From the NCBI GenBank assembly GCA_030167145.1, contig CP126532.1, positions 1,320,001 to 1,352,000 of the forward strand: a stretch of DNA of 32,000 bases. Reading direction: 5' to 3'. Positions 1-7,241 of this stretch are shown one piece after another (the stretch's first letter is position 1; every line of letters starts with the position of its first letter). Position numbers and translations under genes: made by a program. The notes below the pieces were generated by a model. It ran no database searches. It worked only from the letters and a program-made list of their open reading frames with translations, and was not told the DNA's origin. The DNA is from Ktedonobacterales bacterium. Its GTDB lineage: Bacteria > Chloroflexota > Ktedonobacteria > Ktedonobacterales > JADMIN01.

Positions 1-508
1 GCTTGCCCAACAAGTGTCCCACCTCGTCGGCGGAATAGCCCAGCACACAACGATACAGGACTACGTTCCGCTGCTCCTCGGTCAGCCGGTTGAGCGCCAC
101 CGCGATCTCGCCCCAGCTTTCACGCGCCGTGAGGATATGCAGCGGATCATCGCGTTCGGCGACTGGCTCTAGATGTTCGGGGAATTCGCTAATGGTATCG
201 GGCTGGCCGCGTGCGCGCCGGAAGTGCATCAGAGCCTTATTGCGCGCGATACCGAGCAGCCATGCGGCGAAACCCAGTTCGTCGTTCGCCTGGACGCTGC
301 CAATGGCTTCGAGCATGGCGAAGAACGTATCGGAGGTGACATCTTCCGCCGTGTGGGAGTCGCCGACGCGGGCCAGCGCGTAGCGGTAGACCACGGGCAG
401 GAAGCGCTTGTAGAGCAGCGAGATGGCCTGCCGGTCGAGGGCGCGCGCGCGCGAGAGCACGGCGCTGAACGGCAGCGCCGGTGGCCACGTCAACCTGATC
501 TCGTTCAT
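1..508 (-). CDS. ECF-type RNA polymerase sigma-70 family factor (3' end runs off the window)
   Basis: Absent from the ORF track because no stop codon lies in the window. Reverse translation from ATG 508-506 gives MNEIRLTWPPALPFSAVLSRARALDRQAISLLYKRFLPVVYRYALARVGDSHTAEDVTSDTFFAMLEAIG...LNRLTEEQRNVVLYRCVLGYSADEVGHLLGK. This carries a sigma region-2 signature (VYRYALARVGD..AEDVTSDTF) and a region-4 HTH signature (LTEEQR.VV.L....G.S..EV). Confidence 0.85.
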   Translation of the reverse strand, partial: MNEIRLTWPPALPFSAVLSRARALDRQAISLLYKRFLPVVYRYALARVGDSHTAEDVTSDTFFAMLEAIGSVQANDELGFAAWLLGIARNKALMHFRRARGQPDTISEFPEHLEPVAERDDPLHILTARESWGEIAVALNRLTEEQRNVVLYRCVLGYSADEVGHLLGK

Positions 509-663
509 GCGCGTACACTCAATGGCAGACTCATCCCTCCATGCGCGATCCGCGCCGCACTCGTGTGTTCTCTTGATAAAGGACGGTATCTTCATCGCAG
601 AGTGGTCTACCCACCGTGCGGCGAAGATACCGCCTGGTCATCGTGACCGAGAACCGCGAGCGG

Positions 664-1404
664 CTAGTGGTCCTCAACCGTGGCGGCGGCGAATGTGCCG
701 TCGCTCTGCGCGCTGCCATGCACACTCACGGCGTCGCCGACCTTGAGGTCAGCCAGCTTGTGCGCGCGTCCCGCGAATACGGTCGCCTCGCCCACCGTCA
801 CCGTTTTCGTGCTGCCATCAGACAAGGTGATGACGAAGGAGGTCGCGCCGATGCTGGCGATTGTGCCCTGAAGCTCGGTCTGCTGACCCTGACCCTGACC
901 TTGACCCTGGCCTTGACCCTGACCCTGGCCTTGACCCTGACCCTGGCCTTGACCCTGACCCTGGCCTTGACCCTGACCGGTCGCGCCCTCGACGGTAATC
1001 TTCCAGGCGAGCAGGGTGCCATCAGATTGTTTCGTCGCCTGCACCTGCACCTTATGGCCAACGGCGTTGGTCAAGTCCGCCAGTGTCGTAGCATTTGCGC
1101 CGTTGACTTTGGTGTCGGCATTGACGCTGATTGTGGTGGCTGAGGTGTCACCATTGCCCAGCACGCTGATGGTGTTGGCAGTAGCGTCGTAGCCCTTCAG
1201 CACGCCCTCCATGCCAATCGTGTGCGCGTGGCTGCTCGCATCTGACGTCTTTGTTGCGGCGCTGCCCGCCTGCGCGGATTGCCCAGGCAAGTGGCCGCCC
1301 GTCGCGGCCACCGCGACCGCCGTGCCGCCGCCACCGACGAGGACGACGCCCAGCACAGCAAGCGCAATCTTGCTTTTGACAACGAGAAGTGCTTTGCTCA
1401 ACAT
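664..1404 (-). CDS. Membrane-anchored DUF5666-like protein with internal (Gly-Gln)16 linker
   Basis: Track ORF 664..1470. Preferred start is ATG 1404 (MLSKALLVVKSKIALAVLGVVLVGGGG, an N-terminal hydrophobic anchor), preceded by AAGAAGGGG 6-7 nt upstream. Two beta-rich modules (..GVLKGYDATANTISV..KVQVQATKQSDGTLLAWKITVEG and LQGTIASIGATSFVITLSDGSTKTVTV..VGDAVSVHGSAQSDGTFAAATVED) resemble DUF5666 repeats and flank the GQ run. Confidence 0.7.
   Translation of the reverse strand: MLSKALLVVKSKIALAVLGVVLVGGGGTAVAVAATGGHLPGQSAQAGSAATKTSDASSHAHTIGMEGVLKGYDATANTISVLGNGDTSATTISVNADTKVNGANATTLADLTNAVGHKVQVQATKQSDGTLLAWKITVEGATGQGQGQGQGQGQGQGQGQGQGQGQGQGQGQGQQTELQGTIASIGATSFVITLSDGSTKTVTVGEATVFAGRAHKLADLKVGDAVSVHGSAQSDGTFAAATVEDH
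883..978 (-). repeat. In-frame microsatellite encoding (Gly-Gln)16; the core is an 18-bp unit ctggccttgaccctgacc repeated 4x
   Basis: Read directly: 16 consecutive ctg/ttg + acc/gcc codon pairs on the + strand, which are GGN-CAR on the coding strand. Confidence 0.95.
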
Positions 1405-1612
1405 TTCATACCCCTTCTTTTCACGAGTGAATGAATGTGAGGGGGCGCCAATAGTGCTTTGGAACGCCACGGAGCGGCATTCACCGTGGCTTCGCCATCC
1501 CTCACACTGTAGCGTTGCGTGGGCGAAGGGAAATGTTATGGGCCTTTTGGGTCATGATTATGACAACTTGTTTGGCGAAGGCGATGGCGGCGTTTAGACG
1601 GCCAAACGTGCG

Positions 1613-1638
1613 GGAACCTCGGGCAGGGTACGACCGTC
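1613..1638 (+). promoter_or_regulatory. ECF-sigma-type promoter motif GGAAC-N17-CGTC upstream of the lipoprotein gene
   Basis: GGAAC at 1613-1617, a 17-nt spacer, then CGTC at 1635-1638, about 65 nt upstream of ATG 1703. It matches the generic ECF -35 GGAAC / -10 CGTC pattern and lies next to an ECF sigma gene. Confidence 0.4.
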
Positions 1639-1702
1639 ACATCTGGTGAAATCATTTCAGCGCTGGCTCACCTTGGAGTCAGGCTCAGCCTATGGAGGAA
1701 CA

Positions 1703-2242
1703 ATGATGTTCGCACACGCTCAGTTTCCCGCACGCGGCACCCGCATCCTGCGCCGCTCCGCGCCGCTCGTCGCCGTGGCCCTCGTCGCGTTGCTGTTCGC
1801 GCTCGCGGGCTGTGGTGTCACCAACGCCAGCTCGGGCCGCGTCGCTTCATCGGGGAGTGCGACCGCAACCGTCCAGCAGGGCGTCATCAAGGGAACGACG
1901 GTGCGCCCATGCCCTGGCCCAGCGGGCAGCGCTGGCGATGTGGGCACACCGGCGCTGGTGCTCGGCCCAGGGAAGGTGAACGGATCCGCGCATGTGGGCG
2001 ACCTGATTCAGCTTCAATTGCCAACCACACAGCACTGGATGCCGGGGACCGTATCGGCCAGTCTGGAAACCCTCGAACCGGCTGGCATTCAGGATGACCA
2101 GCACGGCATCTGTGTGTGGAACTATCGCGCCCTTTCAGCGGGAACTGCCAGCATCAATTTCACCGCGACGGCCAGATGCGAGCCACCGCTGATGTGCCCG
2201 CAGTATGTCGCCGAAACGCTCTTCACTGTGCAGATCGGGTAG
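1703..2242 (+). CDS. Putative secreted lipoprotein (lipobox LAGC), function unknown
   Basis: Track ORF 1646..2242. Preferred start is ATG 1703 after TGGAGGAA. The N-terminus MMFAHAQFPARGTRILRRSAPLVAVALVALLFALAGCG is a signal peptide plus lipobox Cys. The C-terminal beta-rich domain has a loose resemblance to small chagasin-like inhibitor folds; this was not verified. Confidence 0.6.
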   Translation: MMFAHAQFPARGTRILRRSAPLVAVALVALLFALAGCGVTNASSGRVASSGSATATVQQGVIKGTTVRPCPGPAGSAGDVGTPALVLGPGKVNGSAHVGDLIQLQLPTTQHWMPGTVSASLETLEPAGIQDDQHGICVWNYRALSAGTASINFTATARCEPPLMCPQYVAETLFTVQIG

Positions 2243-2352
2243 ACCTGCCCCCCGGCCTCTTCCCTCCTCGGAACCCCTCTGAGCGCGCAGCTCCTCTTCG
2301 GAACGGCTCAGAGGGGATGCGTTCCGCTTGCCCTACGAGGGAAGGAGAGAAC
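2243..2352 (+). repeat. Structured intergenic repeat, family A, copy 1 (longer variant)
   Basis: acctgccccccggcctcttccctcctcggaac...ggctcagaggggatgcgttccgcttgccctacgagggaaggagagaac is near-identical to 7544-7626, apart from a 30-bp internal duplication or insertion. Outer stem is cttccctcctcg / cgagggaagg; inner stem is ccctctgagc / gctcagaggg. It starts immediately after the stop at 2242. Confidence 0.85.
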
Positions 2353-2443
2353 GGAGGGACGACTTAGCCTCCGGCCCCAGAGGGCGTCCATCGGACACCC
2401 CTACGAGCGCCGCGCGCGTGCGTGGCCGCTGCTCCATCGCGGC

Positions 2444-2452
2444 TGCTATAAT
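2444..2452 (+). promoter_or_regulatory. Extended -10 promoter element TGcTATAAT
   Basis: TGCTATAAT at 2444-2452, about 110 nt upstream of ATG 2563. Confidence 0.45.
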
Positions 2453-2562
2453 GCGGTAACACCATTGCGGGCCGTCGCGCCAACGCGCGGTACGGGCCAG
2501 CGGTAGAGTATTCGGAAGCAGTTGAGAGTAGCGTGCTGCACGCACGAGAGGATAGGGACAGG

Positions 2563-3381
2563 ATGGGCAAGCTCGTCGAAAAACTACGGCAGGTACACCA
2601 GGCCACAGGGGCTGGCGGCGGATTCGGGTTCCTCGGGGCGCGGGCAGCCGCGCAACAGCCGCGCCCAGCGGCGGTGCTGGTGTCGCTGGGGGTGGGAGAC
2701 GCTGCGGCGGCTGAGGCTGCCGCGAAGAACGGCGCTGACGCGGTGCTGGTGAGCGGCTGGAAAGCGGGCGCGGATCTCGGCAAAATTAGCGAGGCGCTCG
2801 CCCCGGCCAGCGTCCTCTGGGGCGTGGAGCTGGGCAGGGCGGCGACTGCTGATGCGCTGGCCGCCGCGCGTGAGGCGGGCGCGAGCTTCGCGGTGCTCGC
2901 GTCGGGTTTGCCCGCGCGGCTGCTGCTGGAGAAGGGCAATGGTTTCGATCTCGTGGTGGCCATGGAGCCGCCGCACGACGACATGGCATTGATTCTCTTG
3001 CGAGCCGAAAATCTACTACCCGCAGACGCCATGCTCTTTACGGCGGGTTTCACGCCGGATGCGCTGAGCGACATGAGCATCGGCGACTTTGCGCGCATGC
3101 GGCTGGTGTTCGAGTCGGTGCGCTTCCCCGCGCTGGTGACCCTGGACGGCGACCCAGACGAGACCCAGGTGCGGCTGCTGGTGCGCCTGGGCGCGGACGC
3201 ACTGGTGCTGGCGGGCGAGGGCGCGAGCGCGGCAGCGCTGGGCGAGCGCATCAAGACGCTGCGCGAGCGGCTGGAAAAGACGCCCGCCAATGAGGATGAC
3301 CGCTCTTCGGTGGCTATCGGCGGGCTGATGGATACGCGGGCTGCCCCCGCAACGGCTCCACACGATCCGGACGAGGAGTGA
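2563..3381 (+). CDS. Hypothetical protein (Ala-rich, alpha/beta-like; family not recognised)
   Basis: Track ORF 2533..3381. ATG 2563 (MGKLVEKLRQV) is preferred. The GC3-rich codon pattern and normal amino-acid composition contrast with the overlapping antisense 448-aa Ala/Ser/Arg ORF. Recurrent GADAVLV / GADALVL strands hint at a TIM-barrel-like fold; unverified. Confidence 0.55.
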   Translation: MGKLVEKLRQVHQATGAGGGFGFLGARAAAQQPRPAAVLVSLGVGDAAAAEAAAKNGADAVLVSGWKAGADLGKISEALAPASVLWGVELGRAATADALAAAREAGASFAVLASGLPARLLLEKGNGFDLVVAMEPPHDDMALILLRAENLLPADAMLFTAGFTPDALSDMSIGDFARMRLVFESVRFPALVTLDGDPDETQVRLLVRLGADALVLAGEGASAAALGERIKTLRERLEKTPANEDDRSSVAIGGLMDTRAAPATAPHDPDEE

Positions 3382-3702
3382 GGCGGGTGGGCGTTCCTGG
3401 CCCCCAAGGGCTGGAGCACGAACCACTCCCTCGCGGCCCTCAAGGGCCGGAGCACAGAGGCTGGCAGTGAGCAGCCTTCAGAGATGCAACGCCGCGTCAC
3501 CACGAAGCTCAGCGGCACCCAATGGTCATCTTGCCATGACTTTGGGGGACTATTGGGTGCGCTGGATGAGCAAGTGTGGTACACTCGCCCCGGAATGTGT
3601 TGCCTGGCGGGGAGCGAGAGGGTGGTGACGCCCACGCCCATCTGTCGCTGCGGTAAGGATGCGAGACGCGCGACGCCAAGCATGGGAGAGGTGAGTGAGA
3701 TC

Positions 3703-4584
3703 ATGGGCAAGTCGGGCTGGGAAGATGATTCCTTGGAGCGGGGCCGCTCCGCACGTGGCTTGCGCCGCAGCGAAGATGACCGCTCTAGTGACCGCTCCCA
3801 GAACCGTATGGCGCGCGGCTACGACCGCCCGGATCGTGGCGGCTCGCGCGGGGGCTGGGGCGACGACGACGCACGCGGCTCCAGCGGTGGCAGGAACCGT
3901 CCGCGCGGGTATGATGATGACGAGCGCGGCGGTTATGGCTCGCGCTCGCCCCGGCGGCCAGGTGGCGACGGATCTGGCTCGAATGCCTATGGCTCGCGCG
4001 GACGCAGCCCATCGCCCGACCGCTACGGCGGCGCGGATGGGGGTCGCCGCCCGTCCACTCGCGACGATTACGACCGCGCTGGCGACCGTTCGATGCGCGG
4101 CCAGCGCCCGCCCTCCACACGCGACGACTACGACCGCGCACGCATGCGTCCCCCTGGTGGCGCGCCTGGGGCTTCGGCCAGCCGGAATCGCGCGCCGGGC
4201 CAGGGCGGCGGGCTATGGGGTGATGATCCGTCGCAGCGTTCGCGACGGCCTGGCGCACCCGGCATGGGAGGCATGGCTGGGCGCTCTGATGCGCGCATGG
4301 GCGCGCGACCCGGCCAGCCTGGGCTGCGCGGCGCGACCGGCAGAGCTGTTGCCGTCGAGGAAGACGACGAGCCACAGGGCATTGGCTTCGGCAGGGGGTT
4401 CCTCATCGTGTTGCTAATGTTTGTGCTTGGCGCGGGCGGCGCGTTTGGCTATTTCCGTGCGACCACTCCACATGCCCCCGCCATTAGCGCCCCAAGCGCC
4501 CCCACCGCTACGCCCGCTGGCACCGGCACTCCCACCGGCACGGGTACGCCTGCCGCCAGCCCCACTGGCACACCCAAGAGTTAG
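3703..4584 (+). CDS. Arg/Gly/Asp-rich intrinsically disordered protein with a single C-terminal TM helix (tail-anchored)
   Basis: Track ORF 3484..4584. ATG 3703 follows GGGAGAGGTGAGTGAG; the alternative is ATG 3682. About 210 aa of RG/RD/GG low complexity contains the duplicated motif RPSTRDDYDRA (nt 4051-4079 and 4111-4139). Then comes GFLIVLLMFVLGAGGAFGYF (TM) and a Thr/Pro-rich tail. A TACACT -10 lies at 3580-3585. Confidence 0.6.
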   Translation: MGKSGWEDDSLERGRSARGLRRSEDDRSSDRSQNRMARGYDRPDRGGSRGGWGDDDARGSSGGRNRPRGYDDDERGGYGSRSPRRPGGDGSGSNAYGSRGRSPSPDRYGGADGGRRPSTRDDYDRAGDRSMRGQRPPSTRDDYDRARMRPPGGAPGASASRNRAPGQGGGLWGDDPSQRSRRPGAPGMGGMAGRSDARMGARPGQPGLRGATGRAVAVEEDDEPQGIGFGRGFLIVLLMFVLGAGGAFGYFRATTPHAPAISAPSAPTATPAGTGTPTGTGTPAASPTGTPKS

Positions 4585-4606
4585 GAACAAGCAGGGGTGT
4601 ATCGGC

Positions 4607-4702
4607 ACCACGGGCATCCACCGGACCACGGGCATCCACCGAACCACGGGCGTCCACCGGACCACGGGCGTCCACCGGACCACGGGCGTCCACCGGACGC
4701 CC
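4607..4702. repeat. 18-bp tandem repeat x5 (accacgggcRtccaccgR) ending in a perfect 8-bp hairpin
   Basis: Units at 4607, 4625, 4643, 4661 and 4679. The last unit extends to GGGCGTCC-acc-GGACGCCC (4684-4702). The array lies between the stop at 4584 and the pgeF promoter. Confidence 0.95.
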
Positions 4703-4715
4703 CTACGGATGGTCG

Positions 4716-4724
4716 TGCTACAAT
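4716..4724 (+). promoter_or_regulatory. Extended -10 promoter element TGcTACAAT for pgeF
   Basis: TGCTACAAT at 4716-4724, about 60 nt upstream of GTG 4785. Confidence 0.45.
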
Positions 4725-4784
4725 TTTTTGGGGTAATGGGCGTTTGGCGTGTGGGATCTCCACAGGGCACAGAAAGGTGGCGGC

Positions 4785-5636
4785 GTGAGAACACAACAGG
4801 CGGATTTCTGCGAGTACCTTCAGTTCGAGCATCTTGCCGCCGTTCCCGGTCTCACCCACGCCGTCTTTACGCGCCGGGGTGGCTTCAGCGCCGCGCCTTA
4901 TGCCGGCCTGAATCTCAGTGGTGTCACGGGGGATGATCTGGCGACGGTGCGACGCAACCGCGAGACGGTGATCGCCGCGCTGGGCCTGCCGCTGGTGGGC
5001 ACGCTGACAGTCCACGGCGCAGAGGTGGCTGCTGTGGAGCGCGACGCCGATGCCGATGTGGAAACTACGAACGAGGCGGAGTGGCTGGAGCCGCTGCGCG
5101 CGCGCCTGCGCCAGACGCGAGCAGATGCGATGATCGCGGATCAGGCGGGATTCGCGCTGTGCTGGGCGTATGGCGACTGCGCGCCGGTGCTGCTCTTTGA
5201 TCCACGTCATCACGCTTTCGCGATGATTCACGCGGGCTGGCGGGGGACGGCGCGGGCTATCGTGCCGCGCACCATCGCGGCGATGCGCGACCGCTACGGC
5301 ACACGTCCGGGCGAGTTGCTGGCGGGGATTGGTCCGGCGATTGGCGCGTGCTGCTACGAGACGAGCGCCGAGGTGCGCGCGACCTTCGCCGCCGAGCCGC
5401 TGGCGGGGGAATGCGCACATTTCGAGGAGCGCCCGCGCGCCGATGGCCAGGGCATGGCGCTATATCTGGATGTGGCGGCGTCGAATGAGGCGCAACTGCT
5501 GGCGGCGGGGGTCGCGGCAGAACATATCGAGACATCGGGCTATTGCACGGGCTGCCGCACTGATCTGTTCTATTCGCACCGGCGCGAGCCGAAGCCCAGC
5601 GGACGCTTCGCCGTGGCGATTGGGCTGAGAACGTAA
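4785..5636 (+). CDS. pgeF: YfiH/PgeF (YlmD, DUF152) family purine-nucleoside phosphorylase / peptidoglycan editing factor
   Basis: Track ORF 4749..5636. GTG 4785 follows AAAGGTGG. Family motifs seen: [43 protein letters not shown], and a C-terminal CT.C....FYSHRR. Confidence 0.85.
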   Translation: MRTQQADFCEYLQFEHLAAVPGLTHAVFTRRGGFSAAPYAGLNLSGVTGDDLATVRRNRETVIAALGLPLVGTLTVHGAEVAAVERDADADVETTNEAEWLEPLRARLRQTRADAMIADQAGFALCWAYGDCAPVLLFDPRHHAFAMIHAGWRGTARAIVPRTIAAMRDRYGTRPGELLAGIGPAIGACCYETSAEVRATFAAEPLAGECAHFEERPRADGQGMALYLDVAASNEAQLLAAGVAAEHIETSGYCTGCRTDLFYSHRREPKPSGRFAVAIGLRT

Positions 5637-5650
5637 TCTCGGACCTCTGC

Positions 5651-5672
5651 GGGCAGACATTCCTGTCTGCCC
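5651..5672 (+). repeat. Family B palindromic stem-loop GGGCAGACA-ttcc-TGTCTGCCC directly after the pgeF stop
   Basis: A perfect 9-bp stem with no U-tract. It shares the core (C)AGACA-N4-TGTCT(G) with the hairpin at 8046-8065. The flank ctgcgggcagac (5647-5658) recurs inverted at 8089-8100. Confidence 0.8.
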
Positions 5673-5733
5673 CACCGAACATACTGACGGGGATGTCCGC
5701 CCCAGCGATGATACCAGCGGGAGGCAGAATCCG

Positions 5734-6471
5734 ATGGACCCGAAGATGGACCCAGCAGCGAGTCTTGGCGAACGCATCGGCGTGGTGCGGGCGCGGATCG
5801 CCGCTGCGGCGGCGCGAGCCGGGCGCGCGCCTGATGAGGTGACGCTGGTGGCCGTGACCAAGCTGATGCCCGCTGAGCGTGTGCGCGAGGTGTATGCGGC
5901 GGGGCTGCGCATCTTCGGCGAGAACCGCGTGCAGGAGGCGGAAGAGAAGATCGCCGCGCTGGCGGATCTCTCTGGCGTGCGCTGGGAGCTGATCGGCCAT
6001 CTGCAAACCAACAAGGTGGCGACGGCGGTGGGGCTGTTCGCGCGGGTGCAGAGCGTGGATAGCGTGCGGCTGGCGGAGAAGCTGGAGAAGAAGGCGGCGG
6101 AACGCGGGCAGGCGCTGCCGGTGTTGCTGGAGGTGAACGTGGGCGGGGAGGCGAGCAAGCTCGGTCTCGCGCCAGCGGAGACCCTTGACGCCGCCCGCGC
6201 TATCGTCCGGCTGGAACATCTGCGGCCGGAGGGGCTGATGACCGTCGCGCCGATTTCCCAGAGCGGCGACGCCGAGGAGGTGCGCCCAATCTTCCGCCAA
6301 CTGCGCGAGCTGCGCGACCTGCTGCGCCAGGGCGTGCCGCTGGCAGGGGAGCAGGGCGGGTGGGATACGCTCTCGATGGGCATGACCGATGACTTTGAGG
6401 TGGCTATCGAAGAAGGCGCGACGCTGGTGCGGGTGGGGCGAGCAATCTTCGGCTCGCGCCCTGGCGCGTAA
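5734..6471 (+). CDS. yggS: YggS/YlmE family pyridoxal-5'-phosphate homeostasis protein
   Basis: Motifs seen: VTLVAVTK (PLP Lys), [63 protein letters not shown] upstream. Confidence 0.9.
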   Translation: MDPKMDPAASLGERIGVVRARIAAAAARAGRAPDEVTLVAVTKLMPAERVREVYAAGLRIFGENRVQEAEEKIAALADLSGVRWELIGHLQTNKVATAVGLFARVQSVDSVRLAEKLEKKAAERGQALPVLLEVNVGGEASKLGLAPAETLDAARAIVRLEHLRPEGLMTVAPISQSGDAEEVRPIFRQLRELRDLLRQGVPLAGEQGGWDTLSMGMTDDFEVAIEEGATLVRVGRAIFGSRPGA

Positions 6472-6629
6472 TCTGCTGGGAGCGCGAGCGGGCGGTTGAA
6501 ACCGCGTCTGAATGGCGTGCCGCCGCTCCGCTTCGCTCACAGCCTGCTCCGCTCCCTATGGATCGCTAGCTCCGCCGCAGGCTGGCCCCGCCTGCGCGGG
6601 TTGGAGGAAGCGCGACACATGCGGCATAC

Positions 6630-6658
6630 GTGACAGGCATGAGCGCGCGCGATATACT
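6630..6658 (+). promoter_or_regulatory. Sigma-70-like promoter GTGACA-N17-TATACT
   Basis: -35 at 6630-6635 and -10 at 6653-6658, 20 nt upstream of ATG 6679. Confidence 0.45.
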
Positions 6659-6678
6659 AGGTGAGGAAGGGGGGAGCC

Positions 6679-7179
6679 ATGCAAGCGGGTGATCTGTTGT
6701 TTGGCCGACGCATTCGCCAGAATCATGCGCTGGAGCATGCCACGGTGACGATGCTCGCGCTCATCTCGCCGGATCTGGTGGTGAGCGCACGCTCGAATAC
6801 GCGCGGGTTCGCGATCTACGCGGACCTCGACCCAGATCTGGTACGCCGGGCGGCTGATGAGGCGCTGGACCGTCTGCGCGCGGGTGAGGCGGAACTGGCG
6901 ATCCATCCCAATTGTGGCACGAATCTGGCCGTGGGGATGTCGCTGGCGATGGTTGGATCGCTCTTCGCGCTGACAGCGATGCGCCCGCGCACGCGCATTG
7001 CGTCGGCGATGGCCAGTTCGCTGGCGGGGCTGGCGGTGGCGCGCCCGCTGGGGATGATGGTGCAGCGGCGGCTGACGACGCTGCCCGATCTGCATGATGT
7101 GCGTATCGTCGGGGTGCGGCGCAGGCGACTCCTGGGCAAGAAAATGGTCGAGGTGCTGACCGCCGTAGAAGTGGAATAA
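6679..7179 (+). CDS. Small membrane protein with N-terminal HxxEH motif (uncharacterised family)
   Basis: Track ORF 6661..7179. ATG 6679 follows GAGGAAGGGGGG. Carries RIRQNHALEHATV (HALEH at nt 6724-6738) and IHPNCGTN (from nt 6904), plus two hydrophobic segments (LAVGMSLAMVGSLFALTAM and IASAMASSLAGLAVA). Confidence 0.65.
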   Translation: MQAGDLLFGRRIRQNHALEHATVTMLALISPDLVVSARSNTRGFAIYADLDPDLVRRAADEALDRLRAGEAELAIHPNCGTNLAVGMSLAMVGSLFALTAMRPRTRIASAMASSLAGLAVARPLGMMVQRRLTTLPDLHDVRIVGVRRRRLLGKKMVEVLTAVEVE

Positions 7180-7241
7180 GTACACACGTTGAGTACGGCG
7201 CAAGCCTGGAGATAAAAGGGGATACGAAAGGAGCGGCAGCT

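Noticed and set aside
3484-3702. N-terminal extension of the disordered-protein ORF (track start 3484)
   Set aside because: The predicted -10 (3580-3585) lies inside this extension. The extension has Cys/Trp-rich composition unrelated to the rest of the protein. A strong SD precedes ATG 3703.
2364-3710. 448-aa minus-strand ORF, the longest ORF in this area
   Set aside because: The composition is extremely Ala/Ser/Arg/Pro-rich, as is typical of antisense frames in high-GC DNA. It overlaps a plus-strand ORF that has normal composition, an SD and a promoter. No recognisable motifs.
4607-4696. Possible CRISPR array (also considered for 7975-8053)
   Set aside because: The repeats are directly abutting, or nearly so, with no unique spacers. 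The units are only 18-26 bp and there are no cas genes in the window.
4597-4788. ORFs translating the 18-bp tandem array (HGHPPD x5 on +, VRWTPV x5 on -)
   Set aside because: There is no SD or promoter context. The array sits between a stop codon and the pgeF -10 element, so the open frames are a by-product of the 18-bp (6-codon) periodicity.
5257-6540. 427-aa and 307-aa minus-strand ORFs antisense to pgeF and yggS
   Set aside because: The plus-strand genes carry unmistakable family motifs. The antisense products are Arg/Ala/Pro/His low-complexity artefacts.
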